DNA of 64,000 nucleotides from Burkholderiales bacterium (GCA_036262835.1 DATAID010000104.1:19008-83007); one strand, 5' to 3'; numbered from the stretch's first letter, positions 1-9,368 are shown. A program made the numbers and translations. The notes: generated from the sequence alone by a model not told the origin.

Positions 1-219
1 GTTGTTGACCAGAACGTCGAGGTCACCCGCCCAGGCCGCGAGCGCTTCCGCCGCGCCGGGCTTGGCGATGTCGATCGCCTTCGTGTTCGGCCCGGTGATG
101 CTGCGCGAGGCGCCGAGCACCGTGCAGCCTTCCTTTTCCAGCACCTGCACGCAGGCGCGGCCGATGCCCTTGGAGGCGCCGGTGACGAGGACTCTTTTGC
201 CCTTAAGATGGAGGTCCAT
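1..219 (-). CDS. Short-chain dehydrogenase/reductase, N-terminal fragment (gene continues beyond the window start)
   Basis: My own reverse-complement translation reads MDLHLKGKRVLVTGASKGIGRACVQVLEKEG..., with the TGxxxGIG Rossmann motif. The ATG is the complement of 217-219. The ORF is absent from the supplied track because it is open-ended. Confidence 0.7.
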   Translation of the reverse strand, partial: MDLHLKGKRVLVTGASKGIGRACVQVLEKEGCTVLGASRSITGPNTKAIDIAKPGAAEALAAWAGDLDVLVNN

Positions 220-239
220 GGTCCCGCGAGTCTAGCAAC

Positions 240-1148
240 ATGCCCCATATCACCACCGCCGACGGCGTGAAACTCCACTACGAGGAGGCCGGCCGCGGGC
301 TGCCGGTCGTGTTCGTGCACGAATTCGCCGGCGACTGGCGCAGCTGGGAAACACAGATGCGCTATTTCAGCCGCAGCTACCGCTGCATCACCTACAGCGC
401 GCGCGGCTACCTGCCCTCGGATGTGCCCAAGAGCGTGGACAGTTACTCCCAGGATCACTGGCGCGACGACATTCTCGCGGTGATCGACGGCCTGAAGCTC
501 GAGCGCCCGCATGTGGTCGGACTGTCGATGGGCGCGATGGCCGCGCTCCACTTCGGCATGAAGTACTGCGCGAAGGGCGCGGCGCCCAGGGCGCGCTCGC
601 TCACGCTCGCCGGGGTCGGCTCGGGCGCGCACCCGGCGACCTTCGCGGATTTCCAGAAAAGCTCGGCGGCGAACGCCGAATTCATCCGCAAGAACGGCAT
701 GGCCAAGTTCGCCTCGACCTACGGGCACGGTCCGGCGCGGCTGCAGCTCCAGAGGAAGGATCCGCGCGGCTTTGCCGAGTACGCGCAGCAGCTCTCAGAG
801 CACTCGGCCGAGGGCTCGGCCCACACGATGGCGGGCTACCAGGGGCGGCGCCCGAGCCTCTACAAGCTCACCGACGAAATATCGAAAGTCGATGTGCCCG
901 TGCTCATCCTGACGGGCGATGAGGACGAGCCGTGCTTGGAAGCCTCCGTCATGCTCAAGCGCGCGATTCCCCAGGCGGGGCTGGCCGTGCTCGCCCAGTC
1001 CGGCCACGGCATCAACCTCGAAGAGCCGGCGCTCTTCAACCAGTTGCTCGCGGATTTCTTTGCTCGCGCCGAGGCGGGCACCTGGGGCACGCGCGACCCG
1101 CGCACCGCCCCCGCGACCATCTGGGGCCCCGGCGGAAAGCCGGGCTGA
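240..1148 (+). CDS. Alpha/beta-fold hydrolase
   Basis: 302 aa ORF. It has an HE-F-G oxyanion region (VFVHEFAGD), a GLSMGA nucleophile elbow (GxSxG) and a C-terminal SGHGINLEEP histidine region. Confidence 0.85.
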   Translation: MPHITTADGVKLHYEEAGRGLPVVFVHEFAGDWRSWETQMRYFSRSYRCITYSARGYLPSDVPKSVDSYSQDHWRDDILAVIDGLKLERPHVVGLSMGAMAALHFGMKYCAKGAAPRARSLTLAGVGSGAHPATFADFQKSSAANAEFIRKNGMAKFASTYGHGPARLQLQRKDPRGFAEYAQQLSEHSAEGSAHTMAGYQGRRPSLYKLTDEISKVDVPVLILTGDEDEPCLEASVMLKRAIPQAGLAVLAQSGHGINLEEPALFNQLLADFFARAEAGTWGTRDPRTAPATIWGPGGKPG

Positions 1149-1151
1149 GCG

Positions 1152-1745
1152 CTAGCGCTTGATATTCGCGGTGCGAACCGCCGATTCGAGGCCGGGGACC
1201 AGCTTGCCGAAGTAATAGGTGTGCGGGGCGCTGTAGGCGAGCAGATAGAGCTTCTTGTTCGCGACCGTGCAGTAGCCGACGCCGTTGAAGAGCAGGCTGT
1301 CGCCCTTGCGTCGCAGTTCGTACTCGAAGCGAAAGCCCTCGCCGCCGGCGAAGCGCGCCGGCTCGAGCTTGCCGACCTTGAACACCGAGCCGTCCTGCGT
1401 CACCACGCTCTCGAATGCCTCGACGATCTCGTGCGGCGCCATCCTGGCGCGGAACACCGGCATTTTCTTTTGCGTGCGCGGCAGCGACATGCCGATGGCC
1501 TCCCCGTCGCCGATGCCGACGTAGAACGCGAGCACGTCCAGGTTGAAGCCCTCTCGCGTCCAGATTTCGGTCGCGCCGGGCGCCTGGTAAAGAACCACCG
1601 CGCTCGAGTCGAACTTGTTCCAGGGGCCTTCCAGGGTCATCGACATGTCCTTGACCGTCACCTGGCCCGGGCCGACTTTCGTGATCGTGGTACAGGCGGA
1701 GAGCGCAAGCAGGAGCAGGGCGACGAGTAGCGTGCGGCGTTTCAT
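1152..1745 (-). CDS. Lipoprotein of unknown function
   Basis: Internal start MKRRTLLVALLLLALSAC, giving a signal peptide plus lipobox L-S-A-C. The ATG at 1745-1743 overlaps the upstream TGA stop by 1 nt (TGATG). The track ORF 1152..1988 is over-extended. Confidence 0.7.
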   Translation of the reverse strand: MKRRTLLVALLLLALSACTTITKVGPGQVTVKDMSMTLEGPWNKFDSSAVVLYQAPGATEIWTREGFNLDVLAFYVGIGDGEAIGMSLPRTQKKMPVFRARMAPHEIVEAFESVVTQDGSVFKVGKLEPARFAGGEGFRFEYELRRKGDSLLFNGVGYCTVANKKLYLLAYSAPHTYYFGKLVPGLESAVRTANIKR

Positions 1746-2929
1746 CAGTCGGTCCTCTTCAAATAGGTGCGAATGAGGGCGCTGTCGGGCGCGGTCGGCT
1801 TGAGCTCGAGGTACTTGGCGAACGCGGACTCGGCCTGGCCCTCGTCGCCGAGCTTGCGCTGCACCAGCCCCATCGAGCGGTACATCTCGGCCGGCGCGCC
1901 TTTCAGGAGCTCGGCGCGCCGATAGGCGGCGATCGCCTCGGTGAGATCCTTGTCCTGCGCGCGCAGGCGGTAGGCCTCGCCGAGGCAATACTGCAGCTCG
2001 CCGTCGTCGGGAAAGGCCTTCTGCATGCGCTCGAGCAGCACGCGGGTCTCGCCGAAGTTGTGGCGCTTGAGCTCATCGACGAGGAAGTCGCTGCGGTGCT
2101 GCGCGAGCGCCGCGCGGTACTCATCGGCGCCGGTGCGTCCCTGCGCGCCCTTGGCGGCGGCGAGATCGGCCAGCACCTTCTGGCGCTCGGCGGCGGGCGG
2201 ATGCGTCTTGAACAGCACGCTCTCGTCCCAGTACTCATCGCGGTCCTTGGCGCCGGCCTTTAGCTCTTCCAGCAGCTGCTCCCAGACGCGCGAGGCCTCG
2301 AGCGGCGCGTAGCCCGCGCGGGCCATCAGCTCGACGCCGATGCGGTCGGCCTCGCGTTCCTGGTCCCGGCTGTAGGCGAGCATCCCCGCGAGGAGCGCAA
2401 GCTGGGAGATGGCCCCGAGGCCGCCGGCGCGCGCGAGCAGGATGCCGAGGAATTGGCCGGCAGCGCTCTTGGACTTCGCGTCGCGCAGCCGCTCGATCGA
2501 GTGGCGCGCGAGGTAGTGGCCGATCTCGTGGCCGAGCACGGCCGCGAGCTGTGCCTCGCTCGTCATGCGCAGGAGCAGTCCCGACCAGACCTGCATCATC
2601 CCGTTCGGCGCCATCGAGGCGTTGAAGAGCGGCGTCTGCACGATGTAGACGCGGATGTCGGGACAGTGCTCGCCGGCCAGCTTGCAGACGATGCCGGTCA
2701 CGTAGTCCTGCAGCGCCTTGTCGCGGATCACGAAGGCGCTCTGCTTCAGGCGGTGCTCCTCGCGGTCCATGAAGGCCCACAGGCTGCCTTCGTCGCTGCT
2801 TGCGTCCGGGCGTGCGAAGCGCGCGGGCATCTTCCATTCGGGCGCCTCGGCCTGCGCCAGCGCGCCCGCCCAGGGCAGCCCGCCCAAGGCGGCGCAGCCG
2901 CAGCCGAGCACGAAGCGCCGGCGCTGCAT
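1745..2929 (-). CDS. M48-family zinc metallopeptidase with C-terminal TPR region (BepA/YfgC-like), exported
   Basis: HEIGH zinc motif (LGHEIGHYLARH) with a downstream READRIG glutamate. The N-terminus is twin-arginine-like (MQRRRFVLG...ALAQA). The C-terminus has TPR-like repeats. Confidence 0.85.
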   Translation of the reverse strand: MQRRRFVLGCGCAALGGLPWAGALAQAEAPEWKMPARFARPDASSDEGSLWAFMDREEHRLKQSAFVIRDKALQDYVTGIVCKLAGEHCPDIRVYIVQTPLFNASMAPNGMMQVWSGLLLRMTSEAQLAAVLGHEIGHYLARHSIERLRDAKSKSAAGQFLGILLARAGGLGAISQLALLAGMLAYSRDQEREADRIGVELMARAGYAPLEASRVWEQLLEELKAGAKDRDEYWDESVLFKTHPPAAERQKVLADLAAAKGAQGRTGADEYRAALAQHRSDFLVDELKRHNFGETRVLLERMQKAFPDDGELQYCLGEAYRLRAQDKDLTEAIAAYRRAELLKGAPAEMYRSMGLVQRKLGDEGQAESAFAKYLELKPTAPDSALIRTYLKRTD

Positions 2930-2932
2930 GGC

Positions 2933-3676
2933 CTACCAGTCCCGGATCGAGCGCGGCCGGGGCGTGGAAGACGGCGGGCCGGCCTGCTCGATGAGGCCCG
3001 TCAGCATCGTATCGACGGTCTCCTGCGCCGGCGCCGCCTCGCGCAGGTCGCCCGTCGCGCGCAGCACCCGGTTCGCCCAGAGCACCTGGCCTGAGCGCAG
3101 GTCGACGAGCGAGCAAAAGCCGTATTGGACCGCGCCCGGCGCGATGCCGATGCCGAAGAGCGCGCCTACCACCATCGCCGCCTTGCGATCGGCCGAGGCA
3201 TAGCTGTCGCGGATGTAGGTGAAGAGCGCGTAGTCGGCGCCGGTCTTCTCGCGCACTTCGCTCACGCTCGGCCCAAGCGTCCAGTCGAGCTTGTCTTCCT
3301 TGGTGGGGAGCTGCATCAGGCCGAAGTGATGAACGGAGATCGCGCCGCCGACGGCGCGCTGCAGGCGGTTGAGCTCGAGCACCGGCTCGGAAGTGTCGTC
3401 CTCGAGGTCGATGACCTGCAGGCCAAGCTTGTCCTTGCGCGCGTGGTAGGCGGTGCGCACGTGCTGCTGCGCGGCCGCCGTCCAGTCGGCGCGCGGCTCG
3501 AAAACCCCGCCGCCGCTCACCTCGAAGAGCTCGATGTCGGCCGGCATGATGACGAGCTTGGCGCCCGGCGCGAGCTTGCTGAAGCCGGGTGCGCGGTTGG
3601 TCTTCTGCTGTGCGCCAGCGCCGGCCGAAAGCGCGAGCGCCAACGCGGCGACTACGATTCGAAGAGTGAAACGCAT
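2933..3676 (-). CDS. Secreted protein of unknown function
   Basis: Internal start MRFTLRIVVAALALALSAGAGAQQ (signal peptide), with the ATG complement at 3674-3676. The stop lies 3 nt upstream of the M48 peptidase start. The track ORF 2933..4030 is over-extended. Confidence 0.65.
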   Translation of the reverse strand: MRFTLRIVVAALALALSAGAGAQQKTNRAPGFSKLAPGAKLVIMPADIELFEVSGGGVFEPRADWTAAAQQHVRTAYHARKDKLGLQVIDLEDDTSEPVLELNRLQRAVGGAISVHHFGLMQLPTKEDKLDWTLGPSVSEVREKTGADYALFTYIRDSYASADRKAAMVVGALFGIGIAPGAVQYGFCSLVDLRSGQVLWANRVLRATGDLREAAPAQETVDTMLTGLIEQAGPPSSTPRPRSIRDW

Positions 3677-3733
3677 AGAGGTTCCCCCGAACGTCCAGCG
3701 GTTATGATCCCATAAGTCGAGGAGGCGAGAAGA

Positions 3734-4825
3734 GTGAATTCCGCACGCTTGAGCATCCGCTCGATCACCGCGCGCGCGGTGGCCGTGCCGATGGGCCGGC
3801 CGCTGCAAACGGCCACCAACGCGGTCAGCATCGCGCCGCTGATTTTGCTGGACATGAAGACGAGCGCGGGCATCGTCGGCCGCTCCTATCTGTTCGCAAT
3901 CGGGCGCAGCAACCTGAAGCCGATCGTGACGCTGATCGAGGCGATGGCGGCCATGCTCCAGGGCGACGCGGTCGCGCCCTTCGAGATCGAGAAAAAGCTG
4001 CGCGCGCGCCACGCGCTCCTCGGCGTGCACAACATCGTGCTCTTCGCCATGGCCGGCATCGACATGTGCGCCTGGGACGCGCTCGGGCAGGCGCTGGGGC
4101 AGCCCGTCGTGCGCTTGCTGGGAGGCGTGCCGCGCCCGGTACTCGCCTACAACTCAAACGGCCTGGGCATCATGACGACAAAGGCGCTGGCAAAAGAGGC
4201 CGAGGAGCTCGCTGAAGGGTTTCCGGCGGTGAAGCTGCGCCTCGGCCGGCCCGAGGCGAAAGGCGACCTTGAGGCGCTGCGCGCGGTGAAAAAGGCGATT
4301 GGCCCCGAGGTCACCCTCATGGTCGACTTCAACCAGTCGCTCACGGTCGCCGAGGCGATCCGGCGCGGGCGCATGATCGACGAGGAAGGCGGCGTGCTGT
4401 GGATCGAGGAGCCGATCCGCGCCGACGATTTCGCCGGCTGCGCCAAAGTCGCGCGGGAAGTCGCCACGCCGATCCAGATCGGCGAGAACTTCATGGGCCC
4501 GGAGCAGGTGGCGCAGGCGATCGCGGCCGGCAGCTGCGACTACGTCATGCCCGATGCGCAGCGCATCGGCGGGGTCACCGGCTGGATGCGCGCGGCGGCG
4601 CTCGCGCAGGGCGCGGGCCTCGAGATGTCGAGCCACCTTTTCCCGGAGGCGAGCGTGCACCTTCTCCCGCTCACGCCGACCTGCCACTGGCTCGAGTACG
4701 TCGATTGGGCGAATCCGATTTTGCGGGACCCCGTCGAACTGAAAGCGGGCTGGGTGCAGCCTCCGAAACGCGCCGGCCTCGGCATGAGCTGGAACGAGAA
4801 GGCGGTGAAAAAGTTTCTCCTCTGA
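3734..4825 (+). CDS. Mandelate racemase / muconate lactonizing enzyme family protein (enolase superfamily)
   Basis: GTG start preceded by GGAGG at 3721-3725. Metal-ligand pattern VDFNQS...WIEEP...ADD...GEN is typical of MR/MLE enzymes. Confidence 0.85.
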   Translation: MNSARLSIRSITARAVAVPMGRPLQTATNAVSIAPLILLDMKTSAGIVGRSYLFAIGRSNLKPIVTLIEAMAAMLQGDAVAPFEIEKKLRARHALLGVHNIVLFAMAGIDMCAWDALGQALGQPVVRLLGGVPRPVLAYNSNGLGIMTTKALAKEAEELAEGFPAVKLRLGRPEAKGDLEALRAVKKAIGPEVTLMVDFNQSLTVAEAIRRGRMIDEEGGVLWIEEPIRADDFAGCAKVAREVATPIQIGENFMGPEQVAQAIAAGSCDYVMPDAQRIGGVTGWMRAAALAQGAGLEMSSHLFPEASVHLLPLTPTCHWLEYVDWANPILRDPVELKAGWVQPPKRAGLGMSWNEKAVKKFLL

Positions 4826-6495
4826 TGTTCACGCGTCACCATCCGCACTGGCCGCCGGGCGTGCCCAAGTCCCTGCCGGTGCCGCGCACGAGCCTTCACT
4901 ACAACCTCGAGGTGAGCGCCCGGCGCTATCCGGACAAGGCGGCGATCCTCTATTACGGAACGGCTGTCAGCTACGCGCGCCTGGAGCGCGAGGTCGCGGC
5001 GCTCGCCGGCGATCTGCAATCCCGTTGCGGCGTAAAGCGCGGCGACCGGGTGATCCTCTACGCGCAGAACTGCCCGCAATTCATCGTCGCCTACTACGCC
5101 ATCCTGCGCGCCGACGCCGTCGTCGTTCCGGTCAATCCGATGAACAAGAGCGCCGAGCTGGAGCATTACATCGGCGACTCCGATGCGCGCGTGGCGATCG
5201 CCGGCCAGGAGCTCTACCGCGAGCTCGAGCCTCATCTCGGCCGGGGCCGCATCGAGCATTGCATCCTCGCCGCTTATTCGGACTACGCCGACGCTGAAAC
5301 GGATCTCAGGGTTCCGGAAGTCGTGCGCGAGCCGGCTTTCGATCCTGGCCGGCTCGAGGTCGCGCTCTGGCGGAAATGCATTGAAAAAGGCGAAACGCCG
5401 CGGGCCTCCCGGTGCGGGCCGGAGGACCTTGCCGTGCTTCCCTACACCTCGGGTACGACTGGGCGTCCCAAGGGCTGCATGCTCACGCATTCGAACCTGC
5501 TCGCGACCAGCACCGGAGGCACGGCCTGGGTGCAGACCTCGAGCGAGGCGGTGGTGCTTGGTGTGCTGCCGATGTTCCACCTCACCGGCATGCAGGCGAA
5601 CATGAACGTGCCGATCCAGCTCGGCGGCACGACCGTGCTGATGACGCGCTGGGATCGGGATACCGCAGCCGAACTGATCCAGCGCCACCGGGTCACAGGG
5701 GTGACCGGCATCACGACGATGATCGTCGACTTCCTCGCCAATCCGAACCTCGGCAAATACGACCTGTCCTCGATCGTGCGCCTGGGCGGCGGCGGGGCGG
5801 CGATGCCCGAGGCGCTCGCCACCAAGATCGAAAAGACGCTCGGCCTGCCTTTCATCGAGGGCTACGGCCTGACCGAAACCACCGCACCCACGCACGCCAA
5901 CCCCGCGCATCGCCCCAAGCGCCAATGCGGCGGGATTCCGTACTTCGACACCGATGCGCGCGTCATCGATGTCGAGTCGCGGCGCGAGTGCGGGCCGAAC
6001 GAGGTGGGCGAGATCATCGTGCGCGGCCCGCAGGTGTTCCGCGGCTACTGGAAGCAGGAGAACGCCACCGCCGAGGCGTTCATGGAGCACGACGGCGAGC
6101 GGTTCTTCCGCACCGGCGACTTGGGCTACTACGATGAGGACGGCTATTTCTTCATTACCGATAGGCTAAAGCGCATGATCAACTGCTCGGGCTTCAAGGT
6201 GTGGCCCGCCGAGGTCGAGGCGATGCTGTATGCGCACCCGGACATCCAGGAGGCCTGCGTGATCTCGGCGCGGGATGCGCACCGCGGCGAGACGGTAAAG
6301 GCGGTCGTGGTGCTCAAGCCCGCCTCGCGCGGCAAGGTCGAGCCCGAGGCGGTCGTCGCCTGGGCGCGCGAGAAGATGGCGGCCTTCAAGGCGCCGCGCC
6401 TCGTACAGTTCGTCGAGGCGCTGCCGAAAACGGCGACCGGCAAGGTATTCTGGCGCCAGTTGCAGGAGGAGGAGAACCGGAGAACGGCGACATGA
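4825..6495 (+). CDS. AMP-dependent acyl-CoA synthetase/ligase
   Basis: Start MFTRHHPHWP. The ATG at 4825 overlaps the upstream TGA (TGATG). AMP-binding motif LPYTSGTTGRPKG, followed by TGDLGYYDEDGYFFITDR. Confidence 0.9.
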   Translation: MFTRHHPHWPPGVPKSLPVPRTSLHYNLEVSARRYPDKAAILYYGTAVSYARLEREVAALAGDLQSRCGVKRGDRVILYAQNCPQFIVAYYAILRADAVVVPVNPMNKSAELEHYIGDSDARVAIAGQELYRELEPHLGRGRIEHCILAAYSDYADAETDLRVPEVVREPAFDPGRLEVALWRKCIEKGETPRASRCGPEDLAVLPYTSGTTGRPKGCMLTHSNLLATSTGGTAWVQTSSEAVVLGVLPMFHLTGMQANMNVPIQLGGTTVLMTRWDRDTAAELIQRHRVTGVTGITTMIVDFLANPNLGKYDLSSIVRLGGGGAAMPEALATKIEKTLGLPFIEGYGLTETTAPTHANPAHRPKRQCGGIPYFDTDARVIDVESRRECGPNEVGEIIVRGPQVFRGYWKQENATAEAFMEHDGERFFRTGDLGYYDEDGYFFITDRLKRMINCSGFKVWPAEVEAMLYAHPDIQEACVISARDAHRGETVKAVVVLKPASRGKVEPEAVVAWAREKMAAFKAPRLVQFVEALPKTATGKVFWRQLQEEENRRTAT

Positions 6496-6932
6496 GATTT
6501 GCGCTTCTTTTTTCCCTGCTGCTTTCTTTTCCGGCGCTCGCCCAGGTGCAAGTCGAGCAACCCTGGACGCGCGCGACGCCGCCCGGCGCCAAAGTCGCGG
6601 GCGGCTACATGGTGATCCGCAACAAGGGCGGCGCGGCCGATCGCTTGGTCGGCGCTTCCTCGCCCGCGGCCGCCAAGGTGGAGCTCCACACGCATACGCA
6701 CGAGGGCGGCGTCATGAAGATGCGGGAAGTGCCTGCCTACGAGGTGCCGGCGAAAGGAAGCTTCGAGCTCAAGCCCGGCGGCGCGCACCTCATGTTCGTG
6801 GACGTCAAGCGGCCCTTCAAGGAGGGCGAGAAGATCCCGGTCAAGCTCAAGTTCGAGAAGGCCGGCGAAGTGAGCGCCGAATTCCAGGTCGGCTCGCTCG
6901 GCCAGTCGGCCGCACCGGCGCACAAGCACTAG
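6492..6932 (+). CDS. Periplasmic copper chaperone PCu(A)C (DUF461 family)
   Basis: The ATG at 6492 overlaps the ligase stop (ATGA). Signal peptide MRFALLFSLLLSFPALAQ. The exact H-X10-M-X21-H-X-M Cu(I) motif was counted by hand in ELHTHTHEGGVMKM...GGAHLM. Confidence 0.8.
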   Translation: MRFALLFSLLLSFPALAQVQVEQPWTRATPPGAKVAGGYMVIRNKGGAADRLVGASSPAAAKVELHTHTHEGGVMKMREVPAYEVPAKGSFELKPGGAHLMFVDVKRPFKEGEKIPVKLKFEKAGEVSAEFQVGSLGQSAAPAHKH

Positions 6933-6935
6933 GCG

Positions 6936-8531
6936 ATGGCGACCCGGGACGTCATCGTCGTCGGTGCGGGACTGTCCGGGATGTACGCGCTGCACCGGCT
7001 GCGCGAGCAGAAGTTCGACGTGCACGTCTATGAGGCGGGCAGCAACGTCGGCGGCACCTGGTACTGGAACCGCTATCCCGGGGCGCGCTTCGATTCGGAA
7101 AGCTGGACCTACGGCTTCTCCTCCGAGCGGCTGCGCGACTGGCAGTGGAGCGAGCATTTCTCGCCGCAACCCGAGACGCTGCGCTACTGCAACTTCGTCG
7201 CCGACCGCCTCGACCTGCGGCGCGACATCACCTTCGGCTTCCGCGCCTCCGCGGCGCGCTGGGACGAGGCGAAAGGCGAATGGGAGATCGAGTCGACCGA
7301 CGGGCGTCGCGCGCGCGCCCGCGTGCTCGTGACCGCGATCGGCCCGATTTCTGCGCCGGTCATGCCGAAGATTCCGGGCATGGAGGAGTTCAAGGGCGAG
7401 GCCTACCACACCGGCCTCTGGCCCCATGAGCCGGTGAGTTTCGCAGGCAAGCGCGTCGGCGTGATCGGCACCGGCGCCACGGGCGTCCAGGCGATCACCG
7501 AGATCGCCAAGACCGCCGGTCACCTCACGGTCTTCCAGCGCTCGCCGAACTGGTGCGCGCCGCTGCGCAACGGCCCGATCGACGCCGAGGCGCAGGCGCA
7601 CATCCAGAAGACGATGGACGAGATCCTCGCGCGCTGCCGCGAGTCCTATGGCTGCTTCATCCACGACGCCGATCCGCGCAATGCGATGGAAGTGAGCGCG
7701 GAAGAGCGCGAGGCGCTCTACGAAAAGACCTACGCGATGCCCGGCTTTGCCAAGTGGATGGGCAACTTCCGCGACATCCTCATCGACCGTGCCGCGAACG
7801 ACTCGATTACCGATTTCATGCGCCGCAAGATCCGTTCGCGTGTCAAAAATCCGGCGATTGCGGACAAGCTGATCCCGAGGAACCACGGCTATGGCACGCG
7901 GCGCGTGCCGCTCGAGAGCGGCTACTACGAGGTCTTCAACCAGCCGAACGTGCGGCTGGTTGACCTGCGCGAGACGCCGCTCGAGCGGGTCACGTCCTCG
8001 GGAATCCGCGCGGGCGGCGAAGAGCACGCGCTCGACATGATCGTCTATGCCACGGGCTTTGACGCCATCACCGGCGGCTTCGACCGGATCGACATCCGCG
8101 GGCGCGGCGGGATGGCGCTGCGCGACAAGTGGGCGAAGGGCCCGCGCACCTACCTGGGGCTGCAGGTGGCGGGCTTTCCCAATCTGCTCACCCTGATCGG
8201 CCCGCACAGCGCGGCGCTCTTCTGCAACATGACGCGCTGCATCGAGCAGAACGTGGACTTCGTGACCGACCTGCTCGTGCACATGCGCGCGCGCGGCTGC
8301 TCGCGGATCGAGGCGGCGCCCGCGGCCGAAGACGAATGGACCGCGCACGTGCACGAGACGGCGGCGCGCATGCTCTTCACGCAGGTCGATTCGTGGATGA
8401 CGGGCGTGCACTCGGAAGTGAAGCATCCGCGCGGCCGCACGGTGATGGTCTACGCCGGGGGCGCGCCCAAGTTCCGGGAGCGCTGCGAGCAGGTCGCGGC
8501 CGAGGGTTACCGCGGGTTCGAGCTGAGGTAG
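6936..8531 (+). CDS. Type I Baeyer-Villiger (flavin-containing) monooxygenase
   Basis: N-terminal FAD GxGxxG (VVGAGLSGM), GGTWYWNRYPG, BVMO fingerprint FKGEAYHTGLWP (FxGxxxHxxxWP) and a second Rossmann motif GVIGTGATG. Confidence 0.9.
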   Translation: MATRDVIVVGAGLSGMYALHRLREQKFDVHVYEAGSNVGGTWYWNRYPGARFDSESWTYGFSSERLRDWQWSEHFSPQPETLRYCNFVADRLDLRRDITFGFRASAARWDEAKGEWEIESTDGRRARARVLVTAIGPISAPVMPKIPGMEEFKGEAYHTGLWPHEPVSFAGKRVGVIGTGATGVQAITEIAKTAGHLTVFQRSPNWCAPLRNGPIDAEAQAHIQKTMDEILARCRESYGCFIHDADPRNAMEVSAEEREALYEKTYAMPGFAKWMGNFRDILIDRAANDSITDFMRRKIRSRVKNPAIADKLIPRNHGYGTRRVPLESGYYEVFNQPNVRLVDLRETPLERVTSSGIRAGGEEHALDMIVYATGFDAITGGFDRIDIRGRGGMALRDKWAKGPRTYLGLQVAGFPNLLTLIGPHSAALFCNMTRCIEQNVDFVTDLLVHMRARGCSRIEAAPAAEDEWTAHVHETAARMLFTQVDSWMTGVHSEVKHPRGRTVMVYAGGAPKFRERCEQVAAEGYRGFELR

Positions 8532-8544
8532 AGAAACCCGGACC

Positions 8545-9339
8545 CTAGTCCAGTCCCTGCAGGTCCGGATTGGCCTTGATCTTGGCGCGCATGCGCCGCA
8601 TGCCTTCGAGCCAGCGGTCCCGGTCGGCCGCCTTGCGCTGCTCGTACTCGGCGACTTCGGGGTGCGGCAGCACGAGAAAGCGCTCGGCCTCGATCGCCTC
8701 AACAACCTTGCCGGCGACCTCTTCCGCGCTCACCGAGCCGGCCGAGAGGAACGATTTGCGATCGCCCGTGGGCCCGAGCAGCATCGGCGTGCGCACGCCC
8801 TGCGGGCAGAGGCACGACACCTTGATGCCGCGCTCGCTGTAGTTCACCGAGAGCCACTCCGCGAAAGCCACCGCGGCGTGCTTTGAAACGGTGTAGGTGG
8901 CCGAGTCGTGCTGCATGAGCAGGCCTGCGGCCGACGCGGTCGCGACGATGTAGCCGCTCTTTTGCTTGAGCATGACCGGGATGACGGCGCGCGCGGCGAG
9001 CACGTGCGCCATGAAATTCACGTCCATGGTGCGGCGCCAGTCCTTCAGCGACGCCTCCAGGCCGTGCCGGCCGATGATGCCGGCGTTGGAGCAGAAGAGA
9101 TCGACCGAGCCGTAGCGCTCGAGCGCGGCGACGACCAGCGCGTTCATGTCGGGCTCCTGCGCCACGTCGCAACGCACGCCCAGACCGCCGACCGACGCGG
9201 CCACGGCCTTCGCGTCGGACTCGTTCAGGTCGGCGCAGACGACGCCTTTGGCGCCCTCTTTGGCGAGTCGCGCCGCGAGCGCCTTGCCGATGCCGCTCGC
9301 CGCGCCGGTGACGATGCAGACCTTGCCGCTGATTTTCAC
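8545..9339 (-). CDS. Short-chain dehydrogenase/reductase
   Basis: MKISGKVCIVTGAASGIGKA Rossmann motif, NAG motif, and a YTVSKHA catalytic Y-x3-K. Confidence 0.9.
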   Translation of the reverse strand: MKISGKVCIVTGAASGIGKALAARLAKEGAKGVVCADLNESDAKAVAASVGGLGVRCDVAQEPDMNALVVAALERYGSVDLFCSNAGIIGRHGLEASLKDWRRTMDVNFMAHVLAARAVIPVMLKQKSGYIVATASAAGLLMQHDSATYTVSKHAAVAFAEWLSVNYSERGIKVSCLCPQGVRTPMLLGPTGDRKSFLSAGSVSAEEVAGKVVEAIEAERFLVLPHPEVAEYEQRKAADRDRWLEGMRRMRAKIKANPDLQGLD

Positions 9340-9368
9340 GAGCGGATTGTTCCATACAATGCCGGCCT

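Noticed and set aside
4399-4824. N-terminal extensions of many track ORFs (for example 4399, 10038..11333, 33796..35661, 2933..4030, 25381 and 27318).
   Set aside because: These extensions overlap upstream genes and lack ribosome-binding sites. Internal starts give canonical N-termini, signal peptides or start/stop overlaps, so the shorter models were adopted.
6144-8705. An 853-aa minus-strand ORF, the longest in the region.
   Set aside because: It is antisense to the Baeyer-Villiger monooxygenase, PCuAC and part of the ligase, and all three carry unambiguous motifs on the plus strand. Its translation is Arg/Ala/Gly/His-rich with no motifs. That is typical of stop-free antisense frames in high-GC DNA.
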